From the NCBI GenBank assembly GCA_964016885.1, contig OZ024742.1, positions 363,196,001-363,260,000 on the forward strand: a stretch of DNA of 64,000 nt, given 5' to 3'. Below the pieces are notes generated by a model. It worked only from the letters and a program-made list of their open reading frames with translations, was not told the origin of the DNA and did not search any database. The stretch's first letter is position 1. Each line of letters starts with the position of its first letter. Both the position numbers and the translations under genes were made by a program. The DNA is from Eledone cirrhosa (taxonomy: Eukaryota). This document shows, in pieces, positions 1-14,225 of the stretch.

Positions 1-35
1 TTATATCTTGTATAGAGTAACATGTTAATATAATA

Positions 36-143
36 ATTGTTTCTACGTTAGGTACAAGGCCAGCAAATACACAGTGTATTACTGGTACTTTATTTTATCG
101 ACCCCGTAAGGATGAAAGGCAAAGTTAACCTCGGCGGGATTTG
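36..143 (-). mobile_element. tRNA-derived SINE fragment (family 1)
   Basis: Reverse complement of the GAGTTCAAATCCCGCCGAGGTTAACTTTGCCTTTCATCCTTACGGGGTCGATAAAATAAAGTACCAG core found about 10 times in the window. Confidence 0.8.
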
Positions 144-169
144 TTAATATGATAATGTACCTTAATGTG

Positions 170-595
170 ACCACCACCACTACCACCACCACCAACACAA
201 TCATCACAACAACACCACCATCCCCACCATCACCCCCATCATCCCCACTAACACCACCACTAATACAACCACCAACAACGCCAACATCCCCCACCATCCC
301 CACCATCACCCCCACTGTCCCCACCATCCCCACCATCACCCCCCACCATCCCCACCATCCCCCCACCATCCCCACCATCACCCCCACCATCCCCACCATC
401 ACCCCCACCATCCCCACCATCACCCCCACCATCCCCACCATCACCCCACCATCCCCACCATCACCCCCACCATCCCCGCCATCACCCCACCATCCCCACC
501 ATCACCCCCACCACCCCCACCATCACCCCACCATCACCCCCACCATCCCCACCATCCCCACCATCCCACCCACCATCCCTACCATCATCCCCGCC
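170..595. repeat. C-rich 9-bp minisatellite (CCCCACCAT/CACCATCAC)
   Basis: Direct reading; explains the spurious PTIPTIT and VGMVG ORFs. Confidence 0.9.
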
Positions 596-761
596 ATTAA
601 TGACATGTGTAACTGTCGATGTCTTTCTCAATCATCAAACACCAGAACTGATGAAAACAGGAAATGAAGGAGAAAGAAGAAAAGAAACAATAAAAGAACA
701 GAAAATAGAAAACCTGGCAATGAAATAATAGAGCTGTGGCTTTTTAATTTATTTCAGATTT

Positions 762-763
<2 letters not shown>

Positions 764-842
<79 letters not shown>

Positions 843-1160
843 CTCTCCCTCTCTCTGTCTCTTACTCTCTCTCTCCATCTCTCTCTATCTATCTATCTCT
901 CCCTCTCTCTGTCTCTTACTCTCTCTCTCCATCTCTCTCTATCTCTCTATCTGTCTGTTTGTCTCTCTCTCTGTCTCTCACTCTCTTTCTCTGTCTGTCT
1001 CTCTCTTTCTCTCTCTATCTCCGTCCTCCCCCTTACTTTCTGTCCCCCTCTCTCTAACACCACCACCCCACCTCTCTCACACCACCCCCTCTCACCCCAC
1101 CGACTCCCTCACCCCACCAACTCTCTCTCCCACCATCTCTCTCGCCCACCCTCTCTCTAT
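764..1160. repeat. (CT)n/(CTAT)n simple repeats
   Basis: Direct reading. Confidence 0.9.
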
Positions 1161-2076
1161 AGCTTTTTCCAATCTCATTTTTGTATGTTTTCTTTTAACT
1201 TTAAACGAGACAACGAACGAACTCAACTAACGCCATCTTGTGAAAGGTGAAGAAAACATGATGATAAGGGGAGACAATCATCACATAACATAATATAACA
1301 AACAGGAAATTAGTTCATTAGTTGCATTGAAGCAAGAGAGCGCAAGTGTTACAAAGTGCATAGCATCGTTTTATTGGGTATGGTTGATTATATTTGATGA
1401 GAGAGAGGCTAGAACTGTAGAGGAGTTGAGAGGGGAAAGAGGGATTTAAGTGACAACGCATGCGTGGTCCGGTAACTCCAGATGGAGTCGTAGGGGCGTT
1501 CTATCGAGATATGGCGTTACTAGGACATGTTTGAAACCTGGCGGAGTCCATCTCCCCTAAAGGTCTGGATACAACAGATTTCTTCCGTAGAGAGATAGGA
1601 AGTGAAAGAAAGGAAATGAGATGACATAGAGAGGAAGATTCAACCCCAATGCATGACTGATACTTTTTCGTCGCCCTCGAATGGGTGAGAGTCAAATTTT
1701 ACCTTAATGAAGTCAGAGAACAGAAAGCCAAATCGAATCCTGCAAATCATTCTCTCGGACGTCCTAACGATCTAACAATTCGCCATCTTTAGCTGTCAGA
1801 TCATTATTTAGAGTGCGATACACGTTCACTAATCTATTTATTTATATATCTATTGTAATGATTGCCCTATGTATATATATATATATATATATATCACTTC
1901 ATTTCTGTAACAGTGACACCCATACGCAGTGTTTGCGTAAGGTTTTGCATATGCACACATAAACAGGCGCAATCATATGTATATATACATACATACTTAC
2001 AAAAACACAGACACGCACGCGTGCATATATATATAATTATTATATTTAACGAGGATGCACTTAATTGCAACCATAC

Positions 2077-2366
<290 letters not shown>

Positions 2367-2391
2367 TATATATATATATATATACACACAC

Positions 2392-2453
<62 letters not shown>

Positions 2454-2458
<5 letters not shown>

Positions 2459-2646
2459 AGAAAGTATGACCCGACGGTAGAGCTCAAGCCGTTTCGACGG
2501 CTATTGAGTCCAGAAATAGCCGTCGAAACGGCTTGAGCTCTGCCGTCTGGGTCATACTTTCTCCTATTACCCACTCTACTACCCTAAGTATTGAGTACTC
2601 TGGTGCGTTATAGTCCATCTGGTTCCTTACCACAATTCCTTTGTTA
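2454..2646 (+). mobile_element. Family A miniature PLE derivative (inverted arm, 3' half of HHR, tail)
   Basis: Homologous to 9358-9495 and 15365-15427; internal inverted repeat; TA-flanked. Confidence 0.85.
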
Positions 2647-2650
2647 TATG

Positions 2651-2719
<69 letters not shown>

Positions 2720-3075
2720 CTCTCTCTCTATATATATATATATATTTATATATATATAATATTATAAAGCTAGGTGTCGTATGTATGTATTATGTATGTA
2801 TCCTACACACTTCTCTATAGTTTCTTAGCTTTACTCTCTCCGTCGCTCTTCCCTCTCTCTATAATAGATCATTCCCCCTCTCTATAATTCAACTGCTTTA
2901 CTCTCTCAGTGGCTCTTCACTCTCAAATATTATAAAGCTGAGCCTCGTCTCTCTCTCCCTCCCTCCCTCTTTGACTCTCTCTCTAATTTAACTGCTTTAC
3001 TCTGTATCTCTCTTCACTCTCTATATGACAACACACTTTTCCTTTCCGTATCTACCTACAAGATATCAATATATA

Positions 3076-3335
3076 CCCAGGTTCTGCTGCACGTCGGTCT
3101 GAAGGGGCCAAACTCCTCAAATACCGGTCGCTCTCCGACAGGTTTGCAGTCGTACCCCTGGCAGTGGAGACTTCTGGTGTCCTCGGCCCCAGGGCTACCT
3201 CCTTACTCACCACCATAGGCGCTGAGCTGGCCAGCCGCAGGTGTGAGCCCCGCGAGTTGGAGTGGCTTTTCCAGCGCGTCTCACTTGCGGTCCTCCGGGG
3301 AAACGCCTTCTCCATTCTGTCCGCCGGGGCTGTTG
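3076..3335 (+). mobile_element. 3' fragment of a CRE-like non-LTR retrotransposon (RLE endonuclease C-terminus)
   Basis: KYRSLSDRFAVVPLAVETSGVLGP...LFQRVSLAVLRGNAFSIL fits the PxAVETxG / FQRxSxAxxRGNA CRE-type C-terminus. Confidence 0.7.
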
Positions 3336-3558
3336 TATACAGATATTAACTCATCAATCCCATTATTTATATCATATATCAACATAGAGATGAGCGTCGT
3401 ATGTATGTTTATTTCAAAAGGATAACCTCCTTCAAATTCGGTCAACACACAAGCAGGTAATGCGTACATCAAAAGGCATATCTTAGAGAGACAGAGAGTG
3501 AAATAGACAGATTAGGAAAACTACACACACACACATCTAAATAGAGAGAGAGGAGAGA

Positions 3559-3623
<65 letters not shown>

Positions 3624-4079
3624 GAAAGGGAAACAGAGGGACGGGTAAGCAGGTAATACATACATCTAAAATCATTTGGATACAAATATCATAATATAAT
3701 GGTTGCAGAACGAAAATACAGACAAATATAATAATGTATGTATCCCACATACTTTTTCTGTCGTCGCTCGCATAAGTAACACACACACACACACACACAA
3801 ATACACATACTTTCACACATGTTTTCGCCAATTGCCGGATAACATCAAAACAAAACACACATACACAAACACACATGCACACACACAAACACACACACAC
3901 ACACACACATATCTATATTCTATATGTATGTATGTAAGATCATTCCCCCTCTCTATAATTTAACTGCTTTACTTTCTCTGTCGCTCTTAACTCTCTATAT
4001 GACAACACTGTTTTAGTTTCCGTATCCCCCTTCAATATATACAGAGAGAGAGAGAGAGAAGGAGAGAGAGAGAGAGAGC

Positions 4080-4150
<71 letters not shown>

Positions 4151-4271
4151 TGTGAGATTTAGAGAAAGATTAGGAAAACTACACACACACATCTACAGAG
4201 AGAGAGAGACAGAAAAACAGAGGGTGGAGATAGGCCGTTAGACAGAGAGAGATACAATTAAAGTGTTAGTT

Positions 4272-4333
<62 letters not shown>

Positions 4334-4515
4334 AAGGACTGTGACACGGGAGGGTGTGTGGTATCTTTGCAATGGAGTGGTGGGGGCAGGTATACCTAGC
4401 CGGCCGCCAGCCGGAGGGGCCATTAGTATACATATATATATATATATATATTCGGAAATATATCCCAACATTGTAGACCCATCAGACCTGTCCTTATCCC
4501 ATTACATTATTGAGA

Positions 4516-4701
4516 GTGGATTGGCAGTATCGGTAGAGGGTCGGACGCCAAGCTTTGCAGCAAAGAGTTACGGCCCTTTATGATCTGAGTTCAAATCCCG
4601 CCGAAGTTAACTTTGCCTTTCATCCTTACGGGGTCGATAAAATAAAGTACCAGTAATACACTGGGATAATTGCTGGCCTTGTGCTAAAATTAGAAACAAT
4701 T
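4516..4701 (+). mobile_element. tRNA-derived SINE (family 1), near full length
   Basis: GGATTGGCAGTATCGGTAGAG A-box-like, GAGTTCAAATCC B-box, shared core, AGAAACAATT tail. Confidence 0.85.
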
Positions 4702-4990
4702 ATTGATAGTATAAGACTCTTCCTTGAAAAGACAGCAATGCATCGTTGGGGTTAAGCCCCCGACTGCTCCTCGTACCTGTTTTCACCTGAGTATATAGGG
4801 CAAAAAGAAATGAATTGTTTTGTACAAGAAGCATAGACATGTTATCATCAGTTGTCCGTCCAATTGCCATGCTAACATTGGTTTGATGGGTTATCCCGTT
4901 CTGTGACATGTCGGAGTAATACTTGAGTTTGGCATTGCTATGGTCCCATCACTGGATACATATTGTAATACCATGAATATAATTACACAA

Positions 4991-5056
<66 letters not shown>

Positions 5057-5063
5057 GAAGAGT

Positions 5064-5113
5064 GAACTGTACTGATGAAGGGTGATACCCAGAAACATGA
5101 GTGTCTGGAGTTC
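5064..5113 (+). ncRNA. Type I hammerhead ribozyme in a short TA-flanked element (5057-5250)
   Basis: GAACUGUA-CUGAUGA-A-GGGU(GAU)ACCC-A-GAAA-CA(UGAG)UG-UC^UGGAGUUC. Confidence 0.7.
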
Positions 5114-5256
5114 TGTTCACTTGCCAACACAAGAGCAAGAATTAAGGGTTCATTCTAAAAACATGGCTATAAAATTGAGGCTTGTTTGCATAATTGCAAA
5201 CGAATCGAATGCTATTATTAATGTTCGAAAAACTCAAATTACATTTATTATATATA

Positions 5257-6267
5257 TCTATATATATAAAACTGAAGTTGTTTGTCTGTGTGTCCTCATT
5301 TTTGCAAAGTCTATACAAATCCACATTTCTACTCCGATTGACTTCAAACTTGCATTTATATATTCCTTGCGGTCTGAAGATACTAACTGCAGCTTTTATT
5401 TTTTTCAATTTTCTGTTGTTAAAGTGGTGTTAGGCGCCGGTTATCAATCTCCGCCGGGCCCTTATAATATATGTATGTATGTCTGGCTGTCTGCATAACG
5501 ACATTCTAACGAACTCGTCATTGCTGACGTATTATCTTTGCTAAATTCACACACACACATATATTTATATACATATATACTTATATATGCATATATATAT
5601 ATATACACATATATACATATACACACACATATATACACATATACATATACAAACACATATACACATAAAGATATATGTATATATATATACACACACATTC
5701 ACACATATATATGAACTCAGAATGACAAGGGCCGTGACACTATGCGCCAATCCACGCCCCTTTTCGCAATAATACCGAACAACGTACTGCTGGTCACTCC
5801 TTCCTCCAAAAGCCGTACAAAGCGGACATGTGGATCGGATAGATGGATCGGGTGCAAATCTACACCAGGCCTACGCGAGAAATTCGCAAGGGACTGCACC
5901 GAGAGGGATAGAGGGAAACATTAACTTAGTGGAAAGAGTGCGAATGAACTTTTGTGGTAAGTAGCCTACGCCTTACGGCTATGACACTGGAACCTTCTGC
6001 CAACTTAACCTGTGACTTTCTCTTTCACATTTACTCCAATAGGCCAAAACAGAGGAGTATGAAAAGAAGAGGCTCAACAATATTTCTATGAACAATGCAC
6101 GTAGACAGCTAAACTGTTCTTTCAACTTCTTAATTTTCTCCAAATAAAACAAGTTTCCTGTCGGTATATTTTCGTGAGTTTTTAACAGGCACTCACAAAT
6201 AAACATTTCTCATTAGAGGTGCTATTACCAATATTCTTACCCGTGCAACGCCGGGATACACTGCTAG
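5257..6267 (+). mobile_element. Non-autonomous Helitron-like element
   Basis: 5' A|TCTATATATATAAAACTGAAGTTGTTTGTCTGT; 3' CCCG...CGGG hairpin (6240-6255) then CTAG|T. Confidence 0.6.
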
Positions 6268-6292
6268 TATATATATACGTGTGTATGTGTGT

Positions 6293-6413
6293 GTGTCTCG
6301 GGTTCAATCGGGGGTAACCACAGTAAGTAAGGTACTCAATACATAGTAGAGTATATAACGTTTAATACCGAAATGACTTCTACGGGATGATTTCCTTCGA
6401 ATGAAATAAAAGC

Positions 6414-6418
<5 letters not shown>
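6293..6418 (-). mobile_element. Family B PLE tail fragment
   Basis: Matches the family B tail at 26961, 43961, 48386 and 58795-58858. Confidence 0.75.
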
Positions 6419-6486
<68 letters not shown>

Positions 6487-6635
6487 ACATACATACATAT
6501 ATATATATATATAAATATATATATAAATATATATATATATATGTATGTATGTCAAAGGTAAACAGAAATAAAAACACAATCGGTAAAATATATGGAAGGG
6601 ATATATTAGGTTAACGCTTGATATAGCAGAAAGAC

Positions 6636-6675
6636 AGTGTTACATTTCGAACGCTAGTCCTTCATCAGAAAAAAA
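6636..6675 (-). ncRNA. Degenerate minimal hammerhead motif
   Basis: Minus strand CUGAUGA-AGGAC(UAGC)GUUC-GAAAUGUA; stem I poor. Confidence 0.4.
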
Positions 6676-7053
6676 GAATAATAAATAAGATAGATTGAGG
6701 GGACGGGCGGGTTGTAATAGGAAAAAATGTCTTTAGCTAAAAATAACAGGTCCATGATGACAACTCTTGCAAAACTGTTGGTGCTGAACATACTTTTGCT
6801 CATAGCTTCTTACTTACATTCGCACACACTCTTTTACTCACATATACACACACATTTCTTCTTAGCTTCGTACGGACGTATAATAACACACACACATGCT
6901 GTTGCTGAATTTGTATATGGATATATATATATATATATACATATATTTATGTATGTGTATGTTTGTATACATGTGTACATGTATATCTATATCTATCTAT
7001 ATCTAACTATCTATCTATCTGTCTCTCTTTGTGTATATATATATATATATACA

Positions 7054-7098
<45 letters not shown>

Positions 7099-8515
7099 AG
7101 TGGAGTGATTCTAATTCTACTGAGCTGTTCGTTATCAGCGCTATTGAAAAACATTTTTAAATGACTTCAGGCAAAATGAAATTATGATATAAAGTGAAAA
7201 AAATACACACATTTCTACTTCACTAATAACGGTAGAAATACAGAATACATAGCAGTATGTATGTAAATCTGTGTGTGTCTGTTGGATCTCCATGTGTGTG
7301 TGAGTGCGTGTGTAGGATCTCCATCGGATTTCTACGACAATTTTTCCATGTGTTTTTAAAATGGAAACCTTCCAATGAAAGCAACCACAAAGTGAAATGA
7401 GCATTCTGCAGATACGTATTCTTCTTCTTCTTGTCAAATGGTGGTTGTCGAGTCCAAGTTAGCTGATGAATGGTGTGCCTTTGGCACCGTACGCAGCACA
7501 ACCGACCAAATATTGACACGACGGCAGGTCTTTCATATACGTATCCTATTAGAGTAGTTTTGACATTGATCCAGCGTGACATAGCCTGTCAGAAACCTGA
7601 TCCTCTGAATCATTGATATAACACAATAGTCTTCCACTGAAGTCGACGTAAATGACGTGAAATAACGTGTCTTGATGAAGGAAATAACGTCTTATTGGGG
7701 ATTGAACTCAGAACCTTACCATCGTGAGTCTAACATACTAACCAGTAAGCCATATCACTTAGGTATGATATATTTATTTCTACTGAGTGGGTGGATTCTG
7801 GTGTCCAACTAGTCATTTGAGCGAACATGAATAACACACGGACATTATATGTATGATATAGAGTGAAACATACTCCAGACTCTAGCGTGTAATGGTTAAC
7901 CTGATGAGTTGCAGTATAACAATTTAGATTTAATATGATATGGCGACTCTGCCATAGAATTATGAATTGTGTGAAGTACAGTGTGCCAGTGTTGATCCAG
8001 TACTCTCCCTCCTGAGCTAGTTGGAATGGTGGAAAGAAAAGAGTTTGAGGAGGGGCAGGCAAGGAGTTCGGCGTGCTTGGGTAGGGGCCGAACTGGAGTA
8101 TGTGTATCTATCATTAGGGTTGTTTTATGTGTACTGATGGATTGCCTTTCTTAGGTGTGTATGTCATTGATGGAAGTGTATGTTTGCGCGTATATATGTG
8201 TGTGTATGTGAATCTTTTGTGTATTTTTATGTGTGCGTTCATGTCTCTGCCTGTGTGTATGAGTTTATGCATGATTGTGTGAGTATCGATGTGGTTATGC
8301 GTGATATCAATGTGTTTGTATTTGGGTGAGTTTATGTGGTTATTAGTGTGTTTGCCTGAGAGGGTTTAGGTGAGTGTCTGTACAACCTTGTATGACTGTC
8401 TATTCCAGGGGTTTGTGTAAGACACGAGGAAAGACATATATAGAGAGAGTCTGTGTACCAAATGAGGACATATATATACATATATATATAGAGCTTGTGT
8501 ACCAAATGAGGACGT

Positions 8516-8549
<34 letters not shown>

Positions 8550-8622
8550 CAAGTGCACTAAATGAGGACATATATATATATATATATATAAATGAATATA
8601 TATATTTGCGAAAAGATATAAA

Positions 8623-8661
<39 letters not shown>

Positions 8662-8736
8662 CAAGTGCACTAAATGAGGACATATATATATATATATATA
8701 TAAATGAGAATATATATATTTGCGAAAAGATATAAA

Positions 8737-8904
<168 letters not shown>

Positions 8905-9316
8905 TGTACCAAATGGGTACTATATAGAGAGCTTGTGTAGCAAATGAGAATATATATATATAGAGAGAGAGCTTGTGTACCAAATGAGGACATAGATACA
9001 CATATAGAGAGCAAGTGCACCAAATGAGGACATAGATATATACCCAAAGCTTGTTTACAAAGTATTCGATTGAAATAAATAAACTACAACGCTCAGTCTT
9101 CTGTAAGAAAAAGTTTGATACCAACAAGAAATAGTTTACAATGTAGTTTACAATGATTTATACATGGAACATTGTGACGGAGTGATACTTCTAAGAGATA
9201 ATTCCTATTTTATCTTCAATGATACTGCTCATAAATTCATTAATTCAATTATGTATTCTTCAAATTCATCAATGAATTTTCATGCATACAATTAAAGGGG
9301 TCAGAACGGTATGTAT

Positions 9317-9350
<34 letters not shown>

Positions 9351-9449
9351 ATATATAACGAAGGAAATGTGGTAAGGAACCAGGTGGACCATAACGCACC
9401 AAAGTACTCAATACTTGAGGTAGTAGAGTGGGTAATAGGAACCAGTAAG

Positions 9450-9543
9450 ACCCCGACAGCTGAGCTCAAGCCGTTTCGACGGCTAATTCTGGACTAAATG
9501 AACATTTATCCTGGTATTTAAATAGCCGATCTTCTCAAGGGGT
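9450..9543 (-). ncRNA. Type I hammerhead ribozyme, U3-A8 variant (mirror copy)
   Basis: Reverse complement of 15319-15412. Confidence 0.8.
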
Positions 9544-10641
9544 AATTCCATATATGGTCAAAGTGATTGTCAAAAATCAGTAGTAATTCTGTGGTTGCAA
9601 ATTAGTAGGGGAGATGGTGGCTAAACCTGCCAGTAGGAGAAAGAGGGGAGGGGGTGGAGTAGACCCAATCAAGCGTTGGTAGTGCCAGCTACAGCTGGGC
9701 ATGAGGTCAAAGAAGATACAGGGGAGGGGGAGGGGGAGGAAGTCGGAACGGTAGGTAGAACAATGGGGGGTAAAAATAGGAAAGAAAAAATACTGAGAGT
9801 GAAGAAAAGCAAATAAGTGTAAAGAAAAAATTAAATTCTACAACCTAGGTGTCAGGCTATTGTTAGGCGAGAATAAAATAAAGAAAGAAAGAAAGAAGTA
9901 AATAAATAAATAAATAAATAAATAAGGAAATAAGTAAAAGAACTAGGTGGGACGAATTAGGCAAAGACCCTTTTAAGAGGTATAAGTACGTAAATGATAC
10001 GGTGACTGGTCGACAAAAGGGGCCAAAATACTAAAGAGACTACCACGAAATAAACAATAAAGGTTTCCATCCCGGGCCAGCAACGACCCAGTGCAGCAAA
10101 GTGAACTTGTACGACATAATAATTCTGAGTCCCGGGAAAAATATATACTAATGCTAACTCTAAAAGATCTAAAACAAGCTACATGAAAGTTCGTACGAAA
10201 TAAAGGTAGAATACGGAGAAGTAAGTTCAGAATCCACCCCGCCCAGAAGAAAAGCGAAGCAAGAAATACTGAAACGAAAAAATAAGGCATAAGTGCCGCT
10301 AAGAAATATAGAGGGCACAGAGAATAGTGGGAGCGGTCGGAAAAGGGGGGCAAGTATCCGGGGTCTAAGCCAACTGCTATAAAGGGCGGAGTCCGCCAAA
10401 TCTATCAAAGACTAGGGGAGGGGGGAGTGGGGGTACTAAGGCTACATGGGGCCAAAGGGCAGCCTCGGGTGGGCGAGAAAAGACGCCGACAAAGGAGAAG
10501 AGCTGGGGTAGAAGGACAAAGGAGAGAGGGGGGAAGGAAATAAAGGATGCGATAAAAGAATACAAAGAAGATCTTACGTCTTCCTTGGCAAGCAGGGGTT
10601 ACCCATTGCAAAATCGGCAACTGGGGTGTTATAGCCCTAGT

Positions 10642-12158
10642 CTACCCCCCCGGGTCATTATGGGGTTTGAGGGCGAGGTAAGTCCTACGCAATCTATGTT
10701 TACATGCAGTAACCAGTTCATCTTTCTTGTTTAGGAGTTGGTCCGTCGAAAACAGCATTTGTAAAGTTTCCTCCGAGCATAAATTGCACGGACGGCGTCC
10801 TCCCGTGTAAGAATTGGCTCTGGACAGTAATCTCCAAGTGAGATCATAGGTGATGTTGTTGTCCTTGAGGTCCCATATGTGGCCCGAAAGTGTAGTGGCG
10901 TGACGCCGGGCCGGGTTTCGGAAGGTATGTCTATGTTGGTATAGCCGGGTCTTGAAGTCACATGCGGTAAGTCCTATATAGGCTTTGTTGGAGGTATCCG
11001 TCCTCACGTTGCACTGGTAGATCACATTACGGTCTCTGCATCTATTGTCGAGTGGGCAAATAGATCTATCCGGGCAGTTACACCTCCTGGTCGGTTCTCC
11101 ACGGCTATTTAGGTTATTTCTGCCATCGGGGTTGAGTTTTTTGTTGTTAGAGGAGACGATGTTTTGTGCGAAGTTTGGTGTAGTGCTGTAAGAGAGTTTG
11201 ATGGTATTTTTGTTAATTATGTTGTGGTAGCGGTGTTGTAATGGGAAGTGTTTTTCAATGAGCCTAAAGAATAGTTTCCCGATGGGAGTAGTCACCTCTG
11301 CGTTGTGGGGAGGATTGAACCATGTTACATTGCGTGAGCGGCGGTGTCTCCTGCTGGTTCCGCTAATGGGATCTGGACAGTAGGATATTTCCTCCCGGAA
11401 ACCACTCCGCTTGAGGGCCTGGTTGTAATAAGGCGCATGTTCATCGAATATCCGCTCATTAGCTGACAAACGGGATATGCGGAGGGAGATGTTTTTGACC
11501 AGGTTGTTAGTGATGTTCCTAGGATGGTTTGATCGGCGGTGGATGTAGTGCAGATTGTCATTAGGTTTCCTGTATGGGTAGTACAGGTCGTTTTCGAGGT
11601 CGAGGGTTACGTCCAGGAAGTTTACTCGGGTCAGGGACGTTTGTAGGGTTATTTTAAATCCCCAGTCGCGGAAGAATCTGATTAATTGTTTCCGGACCCG
11701 ATCTGTACTACTGGGGTTGTACCCTTTAAGGGTAAGGAGCCCATCATCACGGTACAATCCACCACCGAATGCAGGAAACATATCAGTGAGTTTGGCTATT
11801 AGGAATAATCCTATAAGATCAGTGACCTCCGCCGAATCCGTGGCGCCCATGCTGACGTCGAAGGGTGAGTCGGGAGCTCTTTTTATCCATTTAGAGTCGT
11901 CAAAGAGTAAGACTGTCTTCCTGGCGTGGAGGATGATTTTTCTTTCCTGGTCGGTGATGGGCACGAGTGTTTCGGCGAAGTCCAAGGCGGCAGTAAGTAG
12001 CGGTAAGGTGATTGAAGCATAGTAGCTCTCTATGTCGAACTGTATGAATTTAGTTTCTCGTTTATCCTCCATATTGCTGAACCAGGAGATTACTTCCTGG
12101 GTGTTGATCCATAGGCTAAGTCGGGTGTGTTGCTTGACTTTTGGTATCACGCGGTCTA
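10642..12158 (-). pseudogene. Inverted partial copy of the same PLE ORF (RT core + GIY-YIG)
   Basis: Same translation as the + ORF except T/P in AKL(T/P)DMF and the last codons. Confidence 0.9.
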
Positions 12159-14225
12159 TTTGCGAAAAGACTTAGATGGAGAACTTTTTTCTATGACAGA
12201 TATTGCGACAACCAAGACTTCGGCACCAAGGAGAGATTCGGATTTATTACCTACAAATCTCCGCCCCTGAACCCCTTGCTCGCACCCTTCGAGAATGACC
12301 TCTTCCAACTGGTCAAGAACATTAAATTTAAACCCAGACACAACCGATTCCTACAAAAACTCCGTAGCAACTTAACAGAGTATGATAACACAAATGACAT
12401 CATGGTGCATTCGGATAAAACTGGGAACCTATACTTTGTCAACCCTGACAGATACCACACACTGATCAGGAGCAGCCTAAACTCCACCTATAAAAAGGCT
12501 AACCACTCTTGCATCGAGGACATAAATCGAGATGGACAACAAATCACCTCCAGCCTCGGGGTCGCCGACCGCACGGAACCTCTAGACCCACGGACACCAT
12601 ACTTCACACTGAAGGACCATAAATCCGATTTTGACCGTAAACCCTCCATCAGGCTTATTAACCCAACGAAGTCCGACATAGGGAGAATCAGCAAAAAAAT
12701 CCTAGACCGCGTGATACCAAAAGTCAAGCAACACACCCGACTTAGCCTATGGATCAACACCCAGGAAGTAATCTCCTGGTTCAGCAATATGGAGGATAAA
12801 CGAGAAACTAAATTCATACAGTTCGACATAGAGAGCTACTATGCTTCAATCACCTTACCGCTACTTACTGCCGCCTTGGACTTCGCCGAAACACTCGTGC
12901 CCATCACCGACCAGGAAAGAAAAATCATCCTCCACGCCAGGAAGACAGTCTTACTCTTTGACGACTCTAAATGGATAAAAAGAGCTCCCGACTCACCCTT
13001 CGACGTCAGCATGGGCGCCACGGATTCGGCGGAGGTCACTGATCTTATAGGATTATTCCTAATAGCCAAACTCCCTGATATGTTTCCTGCATTCGGTGGT
13101 GGATTGTACCGTGATGATGGGCTCCTTACCCTTAAAGGGTACAACCCCAGTAGTACAGATCGGGTCCGGAAACAATTAATCAGATTCTTCCGCGACTGGG
13201 GATTTAAAATAACCCTACAAACGTCCCTGACCCGAGTAAACTTCCTGGACGTAACCCTCGACCTCGAAAACGACCTGTACTACCCATACAGGAAACCTAA
13301 TGACAATCTGCACTACATCCACCGCCGATCAAACCATCCTAGGAACATCACTAACAACCTGGTCAAAAACATCTCCCTCCGCATATCCCGTTTGTCAGCT
13401 AATGAGCGGATATTCGATGAACATGCGCCTTATTACAACCAGGCCCTCAAGCGGAGTGGTTTCCGGGAGGAAATATCCTACTGTCCAGATCCCATTAGCG
13501 GAACCAGCAGGAGACACCGCCGCTCACGCAATGTAACATGGTTCAATCCTCCCCACAACGCAGAGGTGACTACTCCCATCGGGAAACTATTCTTTAGGCT
13601 CATTGAAAAACACTTCCCATTACAACACCGCTACCACAACATAATTAACAAAAATACCATCAAACTCTCTTACAGCACTACACCAAACTTCGCACAAAAC
13701 ATCGTCTCCTCTAACAACAAAAAACTCAACCCCGATGGCAGAAATAACCTAAATAGCCGTGGAGAACCGACCAGGAGGTGTAACTGCCCGGATAGATCTA
13801 TTTGCCCACTCGACAATAGATGCAGAGACCGTAATGTGATCTACCAGTGCAACGTGAGGACGGATACCTCCAACAAAGCCTATATAGGACTTACCGCATG
13901 TGACTTCAAGACCCGGCTATACCAACATAGACATACCTTCCGAAACCCGGCCCGGCGTCACGCCACTACACTTTCGGGCCACATATGGGACCTCAAGGAC
14001 AACAACATCACCTATGATCTCACTTGGAGATTACTGTCCAGAGCCAATTCTTACACGGGAGGACGCCGTCCGTGCAATTTATGCTCGGAGGAAACTTTAC
14101 AAATGCTGTTTTCGACGGACCAACTCCTAAACAAGAAAGATGAACTGGTTACTGCATGTAAACATAGATTGCGTAGGACTTACCTCGCCCTCAAACCCCA
14201 TAATGACCCGGGGGGGGTAGACTAG
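12159..14225 (+). CDS. 5'-truncated PLE polyprotein: reverse transcriptase + GIY-YIG endonuclease
   Basis: FAKRLRW N-terminal motif, FDIESYY, SMGATDSAE, LYRDD, NFLDV, CNC..C..C, VIY...YIG, CNLC, CKH; open frame; the TTG at 12141 lies in the inverted arm and is not a real start. Confidence 0.9.
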   Translation, partial: FAKRLRWRTFFYDRYCDNQDFGTKERFGFITYKSPPLNPLLAPFENDLFQLVKNIKFKPRHNRFLQKLRSNLTEYDNTNDIMVHSDKTGNLYFVNPDRYHTLIRSSLNSTYKKANHSCIEDINRDGQQITSSLGVADRTEPLDPRTPYFTLKDHKSDFDRKPSIRLINPTKSDIGRISKKILDRVIPKVKQHTRLSLWINTQEVISWFSNMEDKRETKFIQFDIESYYASITLPLLTAALDFAETLVPITDQERKIILHARKTVLLFDDSKWIKRAPDSPFDVSMGATDSAEVTDLIGLFLIAKLPDMFPAFGGGLYRDDGLLTLKGYNPSSTDRVRKQLIRFFRDWGFKITLQTSLTRVNFLDVTLDLENDLYYPYRKPNDNLHYIHRRSNHPRNITNNLVKNISLRISRLSANERIFDEHAPYYNQALKRSGFREEISYCPDPISGTSRRHRRSRNVTWFNPPHNAEVTTPIGKLFFRLIEKHFPLQHRYHNIINKNTIKLSYSTTPNFAQNIVSSNNKKLNPDGRNNLNSRGEPTRRCNCPDRSICPLDNRCRDRNVIYQCNVRTDTSNKAYIGLTACDFKTRLYQHRHTFRNPARRHATTLSGHIWDLKDNNITYDLTWRLLSRANSYTGGRRPCNLCSEETLQMLFSTDQLLNKKDELVTACKHRLRRTYLALKPHNDPGGVD

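Noticed and set aside
79-667. Long Pro/Thr/His and Val/Gly/Met ORFs
   Set aside because: Translations of a 9-bp minisatellite
645-668. CTGATGA...GAAA near the window start
   Set aside because: No stems I-III can be formed
2750-4427. Second Helitron-like element
   Set aside because: Start and terminal hairpin are suggestive, but the end is TTAG and the interior is fragmented; boundaries not supportable
4516-4620. tRNA gene
   Set aside because: A/B boxes belong to a multi-copy SINE head; no cloverleaf
12141-12158. Apparent start MVSRGL of the 694-aa ORF
   Set aside because: These bases belong to the inverted arm; the true N-terminus is missing
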